A DNA stretch of 61,493 nt, counting the filler, from Nitrospirae bacterium CG2_30_53_67 (GTDB lineage Bacteria > CG2-30-53-67), in NCBI GenBank assembly GCA_001873285.1. It is 8 parts of 8 records of this genome, joined end to end, with 100 filler letters (N's around TTAATTAATTAA, not from the genome) between each part and the next. Parts side by side here need not be neighbours in the genome. Positions count along the whole stretch, not along the records: positions 39,861 to 45,279 come from MNYV01000024.1; positions 45,380 to 51,098 come from MNYV01000027.1; 6 more parts are not named here. One strand, 5' to 3'. The notes under the pieces are model-generated. The model saw nothing but the letters and a program-made list of their open reading frames with translations, was not told where the DNA came from and did not search any database. Shown one piece after another: positions 41,667 to 51,091 of the stretch; position 1 is the stretch's first letter, and the number at the start of each line of letters is the position of its first letter. Made by a program: the position numbers and the translations under genes.

Positions 41667-41705
41667 AATCCTTCCACTCGGTTGGAGATACCTGTCTATT
41701 CTTTT

Positions 41706-41932
41706 GGTTCTTCGCCCATTTAGTGGGTAAAAAGGGGTCGAGGGTTCAAGGGGTCAAGGATTCAAGTGAAATATAGATTCAAGGAGATGCCGGGATCTAA
41801 CGACAAAAATAGAGAAAAGCGGGACACGTGAAGCGTAACCCTATGACCCTTGACCCCTGATGTTTTTAGCACTTCACTCGACCCCTTGAATCCTTGGCCC
41901 CTTGACCCCTGATGTTTTCACCTACTCTTTTT
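41706..41932 (+). repeat. Octamer-repeat element (family C), copy 5
   Basis: GGTTCTTCGCCCATTTAGTGGGTAAAAAGGGG...CCCCTGATGTTTTCACCTACTCTTTT. Confidence 0.8.
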
Positions 41933-41940
41933 AACGGAGT

Positions 41941-42411
41941 CTACTTCCCCAACTGGCGGAAGAGATTGACCATCTCGATGGCGCCGAGCGCCGCCTCGGC
42001 CCCCTTGTTTCCGGCCTTGGCGCCGGCCCGCTCGATGGCCTGCTCGATGGTATCCGTGGTCAGCACCCCGTACATGACGGGGATGGCGGACTGCATGGCG
42101 AGAGAAGCGATCCCCTTGGTGACCTCGGCGCTGATATAATCGAAATGCGGCGTCGCCCCCCGGATAACCGCACCGAGGCAGATCACGCCGTCGTACCCTC
42201 CCTTTGCAGTCAGCATCCTGGCCGCGAAAGGAATCTCAAAAGCGCCCGGCACCTTGACGATCGCAACGTCCTTGTCCAAGGCGCCGTGCCGCTTCAGCGC
42301 GTCCATGGCCCCTTCCAGTAGTCGGGACGTGATGAAGTCATTGAAACGGCTCACCACGATCGCGAATTTAAGACCCTTGGCTTGCAATTCACCTTCAATC
42401 ATCTTCGGCAT
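41941..42411 (-). CDS. ribH: 6,7-dimethyl-8-ribityllumazine synthase
   Basis: [33 protein letters not shown]. Confidence 0.98.
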   Translation of the reverse strand: MPKMIEGELQAKGLKFAIVVSRFNDFITSRLLEGAMDALKRHGALDKDVAIVKVPGAFEIPFAARMLTAKGGYDGVICLGAVIRGATPHFDYISAEVTKGIASLAMQSAIPVMYGVLTTDTIEQAIERAGAKAGNKGAEAALGAIEMVNLFRQLGK

Positions 42412-42432
42412 GTCTCCTCCTTAAGTTATTAA

Positions 42433-42537
42433 AATGCTTTTCACTTGGACCCCAGGCCCCTTGACCCCTTGGACCCTTGGGTTTCTAAAGAGCATTTCAC
42501 TTGACCCCTGGAATCCTTGACCCCTTGGACCCTGTTT
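42433..42537 (+). repeat. Octamer-repeat element (family C), half copy 6
   Basis: Matches the second half of copy 1; abuts the ribBA stop codon. Confidence 0.75.
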
Positions 42538-43749
42538 TTATATATGATTCAGGAAATGTCCCATTTTTTCCTTTTTGGTCTTGAGATACCTCAGGTTGCA
42601 GCTCCGGGTGGCCGTCTCTATGGGAACCCGTTCGACCACCTCCAGGCCGTATCCCTGAAGCCCGATAATCTTCCTGGGATTGTTGGTCAAGAGCCTGATC
42701 TTTCGCACCCCAAGCTCCACAAGGATCTGGGCGCCGATCCCGTAGTCCCTGAGATCGGGTTTGAACCCGAGCTTCTCATTGGCCTCCACGGTATCCAGCC
42801 CCTGATCCTGCAGGGCATAGGCCTTGATCTTGTTGGCAAGGCCGATCCCCCTCCCCTCCTGCCTCATATAGAGGATGACCCCCTTCCCTTGTTTTGCGAT
42901 GAGGCCCATGGCGGTTTGAAGCTGATCCCCGCAGTCACACCGTTTGGAGCCGAAGACGTCGCCGGTCAGGCACTCGGAATGGACACGTACCAGGATTTCT
43001 TCGTCCGGATGAATCTCTCCCTTGACCAGGGCCAGATGTTCCTTATGGTCGATGTCGTTTTCATAGACGATCACCTTGAACTCACCGCCGAACAACGAGG
43101 GGATGACGGCCTCGGCCGAGCGGCGGACCAGGGATTCGTTTTGCAGGCGATAGGCAATCAGGTCCCGGATGGTCACGACTTTCAGACCGTGCATCTTTGC
43201 AAACTTGACAAGTTCAGGAAGGCGGGCCATGGTGCCGTCTTCGTTCATGATCTCGCATATCACCCCGGCCGGTGTAAGACCGGCAAGCCGAGCCAGGTCC
43301 ACGGATCCCTCGGTCTGACCGGCCCTCTGCAGAACCCCCCCCTCCCTGGCCCTGAGAGGGAAGATGTGTCCCGGCCGCACCAAATCATTAGCCTTGGCAT
43401 CCGGATGGACGGCGGTAAGGATCGTGGTCGCCCGGTCGGCCGCAGAGATCCCCGTGGTTACGCCCCTTCTCGCCTCGATGGAAACCGTAAAGGCCGTTCC
43501 AAAGGCCGACTCATTCTCCCTGGTCATCAAAGGAAGGTCCAGGCTCTTGACCTTCTCCGGAGTCAGGGAAAGGCAGATCAGCCCGCGGCCGTACTTGGCC
43601 ATGAAGTTGACGGCCTCCGGGGTCACCTTCTCCGCGGCCATGGTCAGGTCCCCTTCGTTCTCCCGGTCTTCATCGTCAACCAGGATGACGATTTTCCCCT
43701 GACGGATATCCTCAATGGCCTCTTCGATGGTGGATATTTCTTTTTTCAT
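42538..43749 (-). CDS. ribBA: Bifunctional DHBP synthase / GTP cyclohydrolase II
   Basis: [41 protein letters not shown]. Confidence 0.98.
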   Translation of the reverse strand: MKKEISTIEEAIEDIRQGKIVILVDDEDRENEGDLTMAAEKVTPEAVNFMAKYGRGLICLSLTPEKVKSLDLPLMTRENESAFGTAFTVSIEARRGVTTGISAADRATTILTAVHPDAKANDLVRPGHIFPLRAREGGVLQRAGQTEGSVDLARLAGLTPAGVICEIMNEDGTMARLPELVKFAKMHGLKVVTIRDLIAYRLQNESLVRRSAEAVIPSLFGGEFKVIVYENDIDHKEHLALVKGEIHPDEEILVRVHSECLTGDVFGSKRCDCGDQLQTAMGLIAKQGKGVILYMRQEGRGIGLANKIKAYALQDQGLDTVEANEKLGFKPDLRDYGIGAQILVELGVRKIRLLTNNPRKIIGLQGYGLEVVERVPIETATRSCNLRYLKTKKEKMGHFLNHI

Positions 43750-43777
43750 ATCTAACCTCGTATTGTTTATGAATTAT

Positions 43778-44012
43778 GGTTCTTCTCCCACATAGTGGGT
43801 AAAAAGGGTTTGAGGACTGAAGAGCCATAGGGTCATAGGAGTCAAGGGGTCAAGGGTTCAAGTGGAATACTTAAATGCAAGCAAAATCTACAGAGCAAAT
43901 CACTAAAACCCTTGAATCCTAAGATCCTCGGCCCCTTATGTTTTGATCACTTCACTTGAACCCTGGAATCCTTGGCCCCTTGACCCCTGATGTTTTCACC
44001 CACTCTTTTGGA
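43778..44012 (+). repeat. Octamer-repeat element (family C), copy 7
   Basis: GGTTCTTCTCCCACATAGTGGGTAAAAAGGG...CCCCTGATGTTTTCACCCACTCTTTTGGA. Confidence 0.8.
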
Positions 44013-44027
44013 ATTGCTTCGCTCCCA

Positions 44028-44684
44028 TCATGCAAACCCGTGCTCCGAAAGAAACCCCAGGTCGATCTTTCCGTGTGCGGATTTTTCGCCTTCATCACGT
44101 TGATTGAGGATGCGCCGGACATATTTTCCGATCAGGTCCGCCTCCAGGTTTACGCGGCTTCCGATTCCCCTGACGCCGAGCGTGGTCATTCGGGCCGTAT
44201 GCGGAATGATGCTTACCGAGAAGGACTCTCCCCCGATTTCGTTGATCGTGAGACTGACCCCGTCCACGGCCATGGAACCCTTGGGTACCGAGGTCGAAAG
44301 AATCTCTCCCGGCGCCGAAAAGGTCAGTACCTGTGCGTTTCCCTGCGCTGTTTTTCGGATCAGGGTCCCTACCCCGTCCACGTGCCCGCTCACCATGTGT
44401 CCCCCGAAGCGTCCTCCGGCTTTTATCGCGCGCTCGAGGTTGACCGCATCCCCGGGTTTGAGTTCGCCGAGTGTGGTGGCGCTTAGTGTCTCCGGTGAGA
44501 CGTCCAGGGTAAAAGCGTTTGCATCGTAAGCGACCACGGTCAGACAGGCCCCGCTTACACAGATGCTGTCACCCTCGTGTATATCTTCGAGAATGGTTCT
44601 CGCCTCTACGGACATTTGGGCGCTCTCTCCAGCCTTTTTCAGGGAACGCACCTTACCGATCTCTTCAATGATTCCCGTAAACAT
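44028..44684 (-). CDS. ribE: Riboflavin synthase
   Basis: MFTGIIEE, GACLTV, VNLERA, GGHMVSGHVDG, GVSLT. Confidence 0.97.
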   Translation of the reverse strand: MFTGIIEEIGKVRSLKKAGESAQMSVEARTILEDIHEGDSICVSGACLTVVAYDANAFTLDVSPETLSATTLGELKPGDAVNLERAIKAGGRFGGHMVSGHVDGVGTLIRKTAQGNAQVLTFSAPGEILSTSVPKGSMAVDGVSLTINEIGGESFSVSIIPHTARMTTLGVRGIGSRVNLEADLIGKYVRRILNQRDEGEKSAHGKIDLGFLSEHGFA

Positions 44685-44773
44685 CCGATTCCTTTTTACC
44701 CCGTTACACCTCTTGCCTCCGATCCCTTCTCCCCTTGAGGGAGAAGGCGAGGATGAGGGGGATTCATTCTATC

Positions 44774-45279
44774 TCAAACCGTTCTCGGTTCCGCGGATCG
44801 GCCTTGCGCATAGATCGGGTTGGTCAGACCGTCGGGCTTGATCACATCTCCCTCAATCATCACGTCCTCACCGACCTGTTCGACATGGATATGCTCAATC
44901 TGCACGGCATCCCGGATGCGTTCCACGCCCAGGTTCCCGACGGACTCCCTGCTTCCCCCTCCGCCGATGATCTTCGGCGCCACGAAGAAGACCACGCGGT
45001 CAACAATCCCGGACTTGAGCGCCGAGGCATGGACCTCGGCCCCTCCTTCGATCATGAGACTGCTGACCTCCATCACTCCGAGGTCTTCCAGGATCTGGAC
45101 GAACTCGATCCTGTGCATCCCCTTTTTCGCGACCAGGACCGTGACGTTTCGTTCCTGATAGGCCTTAATCCTCTCCCTGGCCACGTCCCCTCCTGCAAAG
45201 ATGAAGGTCTTGGCAGGGGAATCATTTACAATCACCCGGGCATCGAGCGGGGTCCTCAAGTGGGTATCCAGGATGATTC
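44774..45279 (-). CDS. ribD: Riboflavin biosynthesis protein RibD, C-terminal reductase part
   Basis: SLMIEGGAEV, VDRVVFFVAPKIIGG; directly upstream of ribE. Confidence 0.9.
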
Positions 45280-45379
45280 NNNNNNNNNNNNNNNNNNNNN
45301 NNNNNNNNNNNNNNNNNNNNNNNTTAATTAATTAANNNNNNNNNNNNNNNNNNNNNNNNNNNNNNNNNNNNNNNNNNNN

Positions 45380-45488
45380 TCCGTGCATTGCTTCTGACTC
45401 GGGGTTTATCATGTCGGCAAAAGAGCGCGGCTACAAAATCCAGGATGTGATAAAAGAGATGATCGATGTCGCAGTGCAAAAAAGATAG
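45380..45488 (+). CDS. D-Ala-D-Ala-ligase-like ATP-grasp protein, C-terminal fragment
   Basis: Hand translation PCIASDSGFIMSAKERGYKIQDVIKEMIDVAVQKR*, resembling the NPC.s.dsGF end of Ddl-like proteins found next to GNAT genes. Confidence 0.6.
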
Positions 45489-45556
45489 GGGTTGTTCGTA
45501 AGAAAGTCGAATAGGATTTAGAATTTAAAAGTAATAGTGTCCAAAGGCCGTTATCC

Positions 45557-46075
45557 ATGAATAGTCCTTCAAACAGGCATATGAATAAGCTTCACCCGGT
45601 CACGTTCAGGAATGAGGCGCATTCGGAAGACAGGAAATCCCTGCATCAGATCCTCCTTTCCACAGGCATCTTTCATCCCTACGAGCTGGATGTGGCCATG
45701 GAACTGCTGGACGACCGCTTGAAAAAGGGCGCAAAGAGCGAATACCTTTTTCTCTTCGCAGATGCTGCCGGCACACCGGCCGGCTATGCCTGTTACGGCC
45801 CCATCACGGTCACGGACAGAAGGTTCGACCTCTACTGGATCGCCGTCAGAAAAGAGATGCAGGGACTCGGGATCGGCGGATTACTGCTCGACCGAGTGGA
45901 AAAACATATTGCCGAACTTGGCGGAACTCATGTGGTTGTGGAAACATCATCCAGGGATGTCTACAAGGCCACAAGGGAATTTTACAAAAAGCACGACTAC
46001 ATTGAAGCGGCGCGCATATCCCGATATTATTCAGACGACGACGATAAAGTCGTCTTCATGAAAGCCCTCCTGTAA
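45557..46075 (+). CDS. GNAT-family N-acetyltransferase
   Basis: GYACYGP, FDLYWIAV, QGLGIG acetyl-CoA motif, VETSSR..Y..TR.FY. Confidence 0.92.
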   Translation: MNSPSNRHMNKLHPVTFRNEAHSEDRKSLHQILLSTGIFHPYELDVAMELLDDRLKKGAKSEYLFLFADAAGTPAGYACYGPITVTDRRFDLYWIAVRKEMQGLGIGGLLLDRVEKHIAELGGTHVVVETSSRDVYKATREFYKKHDYIEAARISRYYSDDDDKVVFMKALL

Positions 46076-46203
46076 ATAAATCTTTTCCCCCACCCCGAAT
46101 AAATTGCAGTTGACTTGATACCATGGAAAGAGGTATTAAAAGACATAGACGCAATATGGATGCTATATTAAGGAATCATTCCAACAACCCTGGAGAATAA
46201 ATC

Positions 46204-46386
46204 ATGGCTGTCACCGCAAAAATCGAAGGCAACAAACTCATTATCACAGCAGATCTCGAAACACCCACGCCCAGTGCATCAGGAAAAACACTCGTCGTGG
46301 CCAGCACCAGAGGCAACAAGGCAACTGACGTCATGATAGACGGCAGACCCGTTATCATTGGTCTCAATGCCTATATCAAGAAATAG
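46204..46386 (+). CDS. Small conserved hypothetical protein (60 aa, PSASGKT motif)
   Basis: GGAG RBS; candidate promoter TTGACT-18-TATTAA at 46110-46139; beta-rich sequence. Confidence 0.8.
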   Translation: MAVTAKIEGNKLIITADLETPTPSASGKTLVVASTRGNKATDVMIDGRPVIIGLNAYIKK

Positions 46387-46705
46387 ATGCCGGTTCTCCA
46401 TGCCCGGAAGAGCCCATTCAGGTGGGAATCCTCAAGCCGCTGAGGGAACATGAAGAACGTTCCGCTGCGAAAATAATACTTGATTTGTCATTTATTTTGG
46501 CCTAGGACGGTCGAGGGACGGTCGAGGGTCAGACTTTGATAATTTGATATTGACACCTTCCTATATGAACAAATAGGGACATCGCCCCTTAAAGGGGAAA
46601 AATACCACAAGGTTTATTTATCCTCTTGTCCCAAAATTTCCATGATCTGTTTACGAAGTGGTGGAATCAGATCAAAGAGCAGATGATATCCTTGCCTGTC
46701 CTCTC

Positions 46706-46930
46706 CTAAAGTAACGTTAAGAGATCTCTTCTTGTCATTTCAACATCCCTTAAAATCTTTGATAAAAGTCCCGGACCGATCGTCTCTCCGGAATGTACAG
46801 GAACCACTGTAGCCCGGCCATCCGCATGTTTCAGAAATACATGACTACCCTTCTGCCTTTCCAGAGCAAATCCCGCCTTCTTCAGCAGAGAAATAATCTC
46901 TTTGCCCGTCAAGGAAGATATTCGGGTCAT
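46706..46930 (-). CDS. hicA: HicA-family toxin
   Basis: GF...RQKGSHVFLKH..GR.TVVPVH...IGPGLLSKILR; ATGA overlap with hicB. Confidence 0.92.
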   Translation of the reverse strand: MTRISSLTGKEIISLLKKAGFALERQKGSHVFLKHADGRATVVPVHSGETIGPGLLSKILRDVEMTRRDLLTLL

Positions 46931-47136
46931 ACTGCAACTTTCTGCACACCAACAAGATGAGTTCTGGGAGGCTCCTCGCCCTGAACTTCCAGACAAAGCT
47001 GAATCGCCTCTTTAATTCTTTTTATCAGTGTGTCGAGAGACTTGGCTTGGGTATGACAGCCCTTCAGCTCCGGGACTTCTGCAATAAAGTAACCTTCTTC
47101 ATCCTGTTCTATAATGACCGTAAACTCTTTAGCCAT
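46927..47136 (-). CDS. hicB: HicB-family antitoxin (short, no DNA-binding domain)
   Basis: FTVIIEQDEEGYFIAEVPELKGCHTQAKSLD..IKEAIQLCLE. Confidence 0.92.
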   Translation of the reverse strand: MAKEFTVIIEQDEEGYFIAEVPELKGCHTQAKSLDTLIKRIKEAIQLCLEVQGEEPPRTHLVGVQKVAV

Positions 47137-47340
47137 TTTTCGACCTCCGCTCAACGCCTCGTTTCTCTCCATTGCCAATGTGACATAGTTCTCATGGAAG
47201 TCATAGCCGATTCCAATATTCAAGTCTGCATTTAAGGATTATTACCAAATTGAGGGTGAAAAATCAAGATATTTTAATGCTTAGGAAGAAGTGAGGAGAC
47301 GGAAGGACGGAAAGCCGGAGGCAAACGTATCGCCGATCCC

Positions 47341-47460
47341 CTATTCTCCCTGCCATCTCTGATACAGTTCATGCTCGATCCCGATCACGTCGAGCACACG
47401 GCCCACCACAAAGTCGGTCAGTTCTTCGACGTTCCTGGGCCTGTGATAGAATGCCGGCCT
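47341..47460 (-). pseudogene. ubiX: 3' remnant of flavin prenyltransferase UbiX
   Basis: Hand translation RPAFYHRPRNVEELTDFVVGRVLDVIGIEHELYQRWQGE*; no UbiX-like sequence upstream. Confidence 0.8.
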
Positions 47461-47773
47461 GGGAGCATGCAAAACCTTCACGAAAACAGGAGACAGCCTG
47501 TTCGATCTTACTCATCGTGATCTCCATGATGTATTGATATTAAGATGCCAGGGCCTTGCGCTATCAAGGATACCTGTGGAAAGATGGTCCAGTCCAAATC
47601 AGTCATGTTAAATTTCATATCACATTTTTATGACAGAAAGCAACCATTTGACAGAACTGCTCCGGCGGATCTATAAATGAGACAGTTGGTATCTTTACCG
47701 CGTTGAAGGATAAGACAGGGCAGTCTTATCCCGTCAACTCATACAAAAAACAAAATGCCATGGGGGAATAACC

Positions 47774-48163
47774 ATGAATAGAAAAGATATATATAAAGAG
47801 ATAGAGGGGATATTCGGTCTCATTCCAAGTTTCTTTAAGATGGTCCCTGACTCGTCTCTGGAACTGGAGTGGCAGTTGTTTAAACGAGTCCAGTTCGACG
47901 AGGGGCCCATCCCCAACAAGTACCGCGAGCTGATCGGAGTTGCGATTTCCGCGATCACGCATTGCCGTTATTGTTCGTTCTACCACACGGAACTGGCGAA
48001 GCTCAATGGTGCAACGGATAAGGAGATTGAGGACGCTGTGCACTATGCCAAGTCGAGCGCGGGCTGGAGCACGTATCTGAACGGCCTCCAGGTTGACTTC
48101 GATACATTCAGGAAAGAGGTCCTGCAGGCCTGCGAACATGTTCGTTCAATGAAGGCCGCCTGA
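47774..48163 (+). CDS. Carboxymuconolactone decarboxylase / AhpD-like protein
   Basis: KYRELIGVAISAITHCRYCSFYH..AKLNGAT..EI (CxxC-H). Confidence 0.9.
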   Translation: MNRKDIYKEIEGIFGLIPSFFKMVPDSSLELEWQLFKRVQFDEGPIPNKYRELIGVAISAITHCRYCSFYHTELAKLNGATDKEIEDAVHYAKSSAGWSTYLNGLQVDFDTFRKEVLQACEHVRSMKAA

Positions 48164-48265
48164 CCGCAAACGGGGCCATCCAAGGGATCGCAGCGCTTCG
48201 GCTGTCCGCAGATCGCGGGCCGTCGAAACGCTGCGGGGAAACCGCGTCTCTGGAGTAAAATCGCG

Positions 48266-48718
48266 TTACCTTCTCCAGCCGGCCCATATGGGAATACCCG
48301 CATCGTCCCTGAGGATAAGGACTTGATCGCCTTTTCTGACTTCCGCCGCAATGATGACGGGCGCACCGGAAATGGTTACCCTGGACCCCTTGACTTCTAT
48401 CTTGTCGCCATTTTCAAGGGTGCTGTCGAGTCTATCGAGGAACCACTCCGGCCCGAGGTGAACGGCGAGTGTCTCTTTTTCGGTTTTCACCTGCAGGTGA
48501 ACGCCTCTTGACATCCCTCCCATGGGTGTCATTTGGTCGATGCTCACGATCTCTCCGGCGATGGTTTCTACGGTACCCACATTATACATCCGCTGGTACT
48601 GTGCTCCCATGCCCCAGCCGCCGCTTCCACGCCCGCCACGCCACGGTTGAGCATAAGATATTGAAACCACAGAGAAGATCAAGAGCGCTGCCAATAGATG
48701 TATCCCTGTTTTTCTCAT
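48266..48718 (-). CDS. Exported OB-fold protein (MamS/MamX-like domain)
   Basis: Signal peptide, Gly-rich linker, VHLGPEWF, GDKIEVKGS, LRDDAGIPIW. Confidence 0.75.
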   Translation of the reverse strand: MRKTGIHLLAALLIFSVVSISYAQPWRGGRGSGGWGMGAQYQRMYNVGTVETIAGEIVSIDQMTPMGGMSRGVHLQVKTEKETLAVHLGPEWFLDRLDSTLENGDKIEVKGSRVTISGAPVIIAAEVRKGDQVLILRDDAGIPIWAGWRR

Positions 48719-48739
48719 GATGACCTCCTTTGGCTGGGT

Positions 48740-48823
48740 TTACTGCTCTGCTGTGAAGCAAAAAACGTAAGTGAATGAATAGTACACCCCAACGCCGATA
48801 ATGACAACACCGGTCAGAAACCG
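48740..48823 (-). pseudogene. Possible 3' remnant of an ArsG/CcdA-like membrane protein
   Basis: Hand translation RFLTGVVIIGVGVYYSFTYVFCFTAEQ*: one terminal TM helix, no start codon. Confidence 0.35.
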
Positions 48824-48875
48824 GGGGTTGAGCGGGTCTCTCCTTCCCCACCCTCGACCTTGGGATTTGAGCGAA

Positions 48876-49172
48876 TCATTGACAGCATGCGCCATGGTCG
48901 TCGCCGCTGCAGTCACAGGAGGGCTCGCCGCCTTTGATCATGCTCTTGATGATGGCGGAGGCACAGCCGACACCGGCATTCACCTTCAGGGCATCAAACT
49001 CACAATTCATGGCGCAGGCCCCGCACTCCATGCAAAGGTCATGGTCCACAATCATGGCCTTTTTATCTCTCATAACAAAAACACCATGCGGGCAGACCTC
49101 CACGCATCTCCCGCACCCGGTGCATTTTCCCTGATCAAACTCCAAAGTCGAGACATCGGATAAATATTTCAT
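48876..49172 (-). CDS. hgcB: Mercury methylation ferredoxin HgcB
   Basis: CTGCGRCVEVCPHGVF, CMECGACAMNC, GVGCA, C-terminal CDC...CC; overlaps the hgcA stop. Confidence 0.95.
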   Translation of the reverse strand: MKYLSDVSTLEFDQGKCTGCGRCVEVCPHGVFVMRDKKAMIVDHDLCMECGACAMNCEFDALKVNAGVGCASAIIKSMIKGGEPSCDCSGDDHGACCQ

Positions 49173-50275
49173 ACAACCCCCCATTGTTTCAACTGATATA
49201 CAATGATCAGAATAAGGGAAACCGATAGGGCCGTGATATAAACCGGAACCGCTGTTTTCAATTCTTTTTCCACTCCGGAACGGCCGGTAAACGGCGTGGA
49301 CCCGGTAAACTGCAGTGCCAGATAGGAACTGACCGCGGGAAAGAAAAGATAGGAGAAAAGGACCAAAAGTCCATGGCCTAACTGCGGCAGATCAATCAAA
49401 CGAAGTGCCGTAAAAATGAGAATCATCCCGGTGATCCACCCCTTGAGGGCGAAGGCGCGCGAGGGAATAAAAGGAAGAAGAAGAGGGGTGATAAAGACTC
49501 CGGAAAAGATTGAGACCAGCCCCAAAAACAAAAAGGGAGATCCACCGGCCCAGACCTTTCCCCAACCGAGGCCGCCGGGCTGAAAACCGAAGATGACCAA
49601 GATCAACAGGGCATATATAAAATAATGCTTCATGGCCGGCAGGATCTCCATGGGCGTAAGCGCCAGCCGGTCCAGAATACTGAATTTAATGGTTCGCATT
49701 TCCCTGCTGGACTTATACCCGGCACAGAGATAGGCAGGGATGTCCCTGGCATAGACCGGGCCGAAGCAGACCCTGAATCCGCTCTCCTGTCTCACCCGGT
49801 GTGCCGAGACCCCGGATGCCCCGAGCTGAGGAACGATCACCCTCTTGTGATTGACGATCTTGTCAAGTTGACACTCTCGGATTCGCCGGATGAGTTCCTC
49901 GGCGCCGAAGGTCCCCTTGCCCGCCGCGCACCAGACATTGATCCCCTGGGTGTCCAGAATTAGGACCCAGGCATTCAGCCCTTTTAAAGCCACGCGCAGA
50001 ATATCAAAACTCAATTTGTAATTGGCCGTCACAAAGACGTCGCATTTTTCATCCGGCTCCCCAACCGCATAAAGGCCTGGGGAGACCGAATAGTGCATGC
50101 GGAAGGCGCTGATTCTGGATTTGATCAATCCTATCCGGTCAGCCCATGACCATTCGGTTGAGACACATTGCACCTCTCCTGCCGACGTCTCCATGTTCCC
50201 TAAAACCCATTCGGGCTTAAAAGAACAGCACGTTGGGGTCTGAACTTTCGTATTTGTACTGCAGCAATCCCTCAT
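49169..50275 (-). CDS. hgcA: Mercury methylation corrinoid protein HgcA
   Basis: PGLYAVG, TANYKLSFD, cap-helix GINVWCAAGKGTF, PQLGA.GV, C-terminal TM helices with FTGSTPFT; ATG 50275 has a GGAG RBS. Confidence 0.97.
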   Translation of the reverse strand: MRDCCSTNTKVQTPTCCSFKPEWVLGNMETSAGEVQCVSTEWSWADRIGLIKSRISAFRMHYSVSPGLYAVGEPDEKCDVFVTANYKLSFDILRVALKGLNAWVLILDTQGINVWCAAGKGTFGAEELIRRIRECQLDKIVNHKRVIVPQLGASGVSAHRVRQESGFRVCFGPVYARDIPAYLCAGYKSSREMRTIKFSILDRLALTPMEILPAMKHYFIYALLILVIFGFQPGGLGWGKVWAGGSPFLFLGLVSIFSGVFITPLLLPFIPSRAFALKGWITGMILIFTALRLIDLPQLGHGLLVLFSYLFFPAVSSYLALQFTGSTPFTGRSGVEKELKTAVPVYITALSVSLILIIVYQLKQWGVV

Positions 50276-50288
50276 CCCGGCTCCTATG

Positions 50289-50339
50289 CACATCAATGTG
50301 AGCGGAAATGATAGTAAAAGAAACCGGGGGGAAAGTCAA
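50289..50339 (-). promoter_or_regulatory. sigma70 promoter and candidate operator of hgcAB
   Basis: TTGACT-17-TACTAT (50339-50311); inverted repeat CACAT-TG-ATGTG at 50289-50300. Confidence 0.6.
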
Positions 50340-50457
50340 GAAGGGTTCTGACCGGGGACGCAGCCACTTTTCCGTCGTGTCCCTCTTGGACTACAGGTTA
50401 GAAGAGGCCTATGCAGCCCTTTTAAGTCGTTGTTGAACGACTGATTGGATCACGGAA

Positions 50458-50760
50458 TCAGTCATGGGACGCTTCGGCATGCAACTTCAAGCCTAGTGCG
50501 TCCAACACCTTGAGGATGGTGTCGAAATCGGGACTGCGCTCGCCGGAGAGCGCCTTGTAAAGACTTTCACGAGACAGGCCGGCATCACGCGCGACCTGTG
50601 CCATGCCCTTGGCACGGGCGATATCGCCCAGCGCCTTTGCAATGAACGCTGCATCGCCGTTGGCCGCCTCAAGACAAGCCTCAAGATAGGCTGCCATTTC
50701 CTCCGGGGTTCGGAGGTGCTCTGCGACATCGTAGCGAGTGGTAGTTGTTTTCCTCATCAT
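50458..50760 (-). CDS. Addiction-module antidote protein (HTH, HI1420-like)
   Basis: YDVAEHL..EEMAAYL, ALGDIARAKGMAQVARDAGLSRESLYKALS..P.F.TI.KV. Confidence 0.92.
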   Translation of the reverse strand: MMRKTTTTRYDVAEHLRTPEEMAAYLEACLEAANGDAAFIAKALGDIARAKGMAQVARDAGLSRESLYKALSGERSPDFDTILKVLDALGLKLHAEASHD

Positions 50761-50766
50761 TTACTC

Positions 50767-51057
50767 CTATAGGTCGCGTGCGAGGCGCAATGCAGTCTTG
50801 ATGTCGGCGGCCTGTGTGCGTTTGTCGCCGCCGGCCAGCAAAATTATTACTGTGCGCCCGCGCCTTGTGAAATACACCCGGTAACCGGGGCCGTAATCGA
50901 TTCGCAATTCGGAGACGCCCTCACCAACCGGCCTAACATCCCCTGGGTTCCCTGCTGCAAGGCGCTCGACCCTGACCTGCACACGGGCGCGTGCATGAAT
51001 GTCGCGCAGCCCATCAAGCCACTGGGCGAACGTCTCGGTTTTACGAATCTCTAACAT
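50767..51057 (-). CDS. Addiction-module killer protein (RelE/ParE family, HI1419-like)
   Basis: F..WLDGLRD..ARARV..R..RL..GN.GD..PVGEGVSELRIDYGPGYRVYF, LLAGGDK.TQ. Confidence 0.93.
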   Translation of the reverse strand: MLEIRKTETFAQWLDGLRDIHARARVQVRVERLAAGNPGDVRPVGEGVSELRIDYGPGYRVYFTRRGRTVIILLAGGDKRTQAADIKTALRLARDL

Positions 51058-51062
51058 AATGT

Positions 51063-51091
51063 ATTGTAGCCATTAGGCTACATAATGTCAA
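51063..51091 (-). promoter_or_regulatory. Promoter and palindromic operator of the TA operon (probably leaderless)
   Basis: TTGACA-17-TACAAT, then 5 nt to the ATG; palindrome TGTAGCC-N4-GGCTACA at 51065-51082. Confidence 0.8.

Noticed and set aside
44774..45279. FMN riboswitch for the rib operon
   Set aside because: The operon's 5' end lies beyond the contig break, and no RFN motif is seen in the spacers.
47137..47223. N-terminal extension MNIGIGYDFH on HicB resembling an IspF start
   Set aside because: The similarity covers only about 10 residues; HicB has its own start at 47136 with a GGAGG RBS.
48266..48718. Magnetosome island
   Set aside because: Only a generic exported OB-fold protein is present; there are no other mam or mad genes.
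48876..50296. Selenocysteine in HgcA or HgcB
   Set aside because: The CC pairs are normal Cys codons, and HgcB's TGA follows CCQ, after the expected terminal cysteines.
50395..50457. Integron attC site after the addiction module
   Set aside because: A GTTCAAC-like box is present, but there is no matching GTTRRRY with a paired stem and no integrase.
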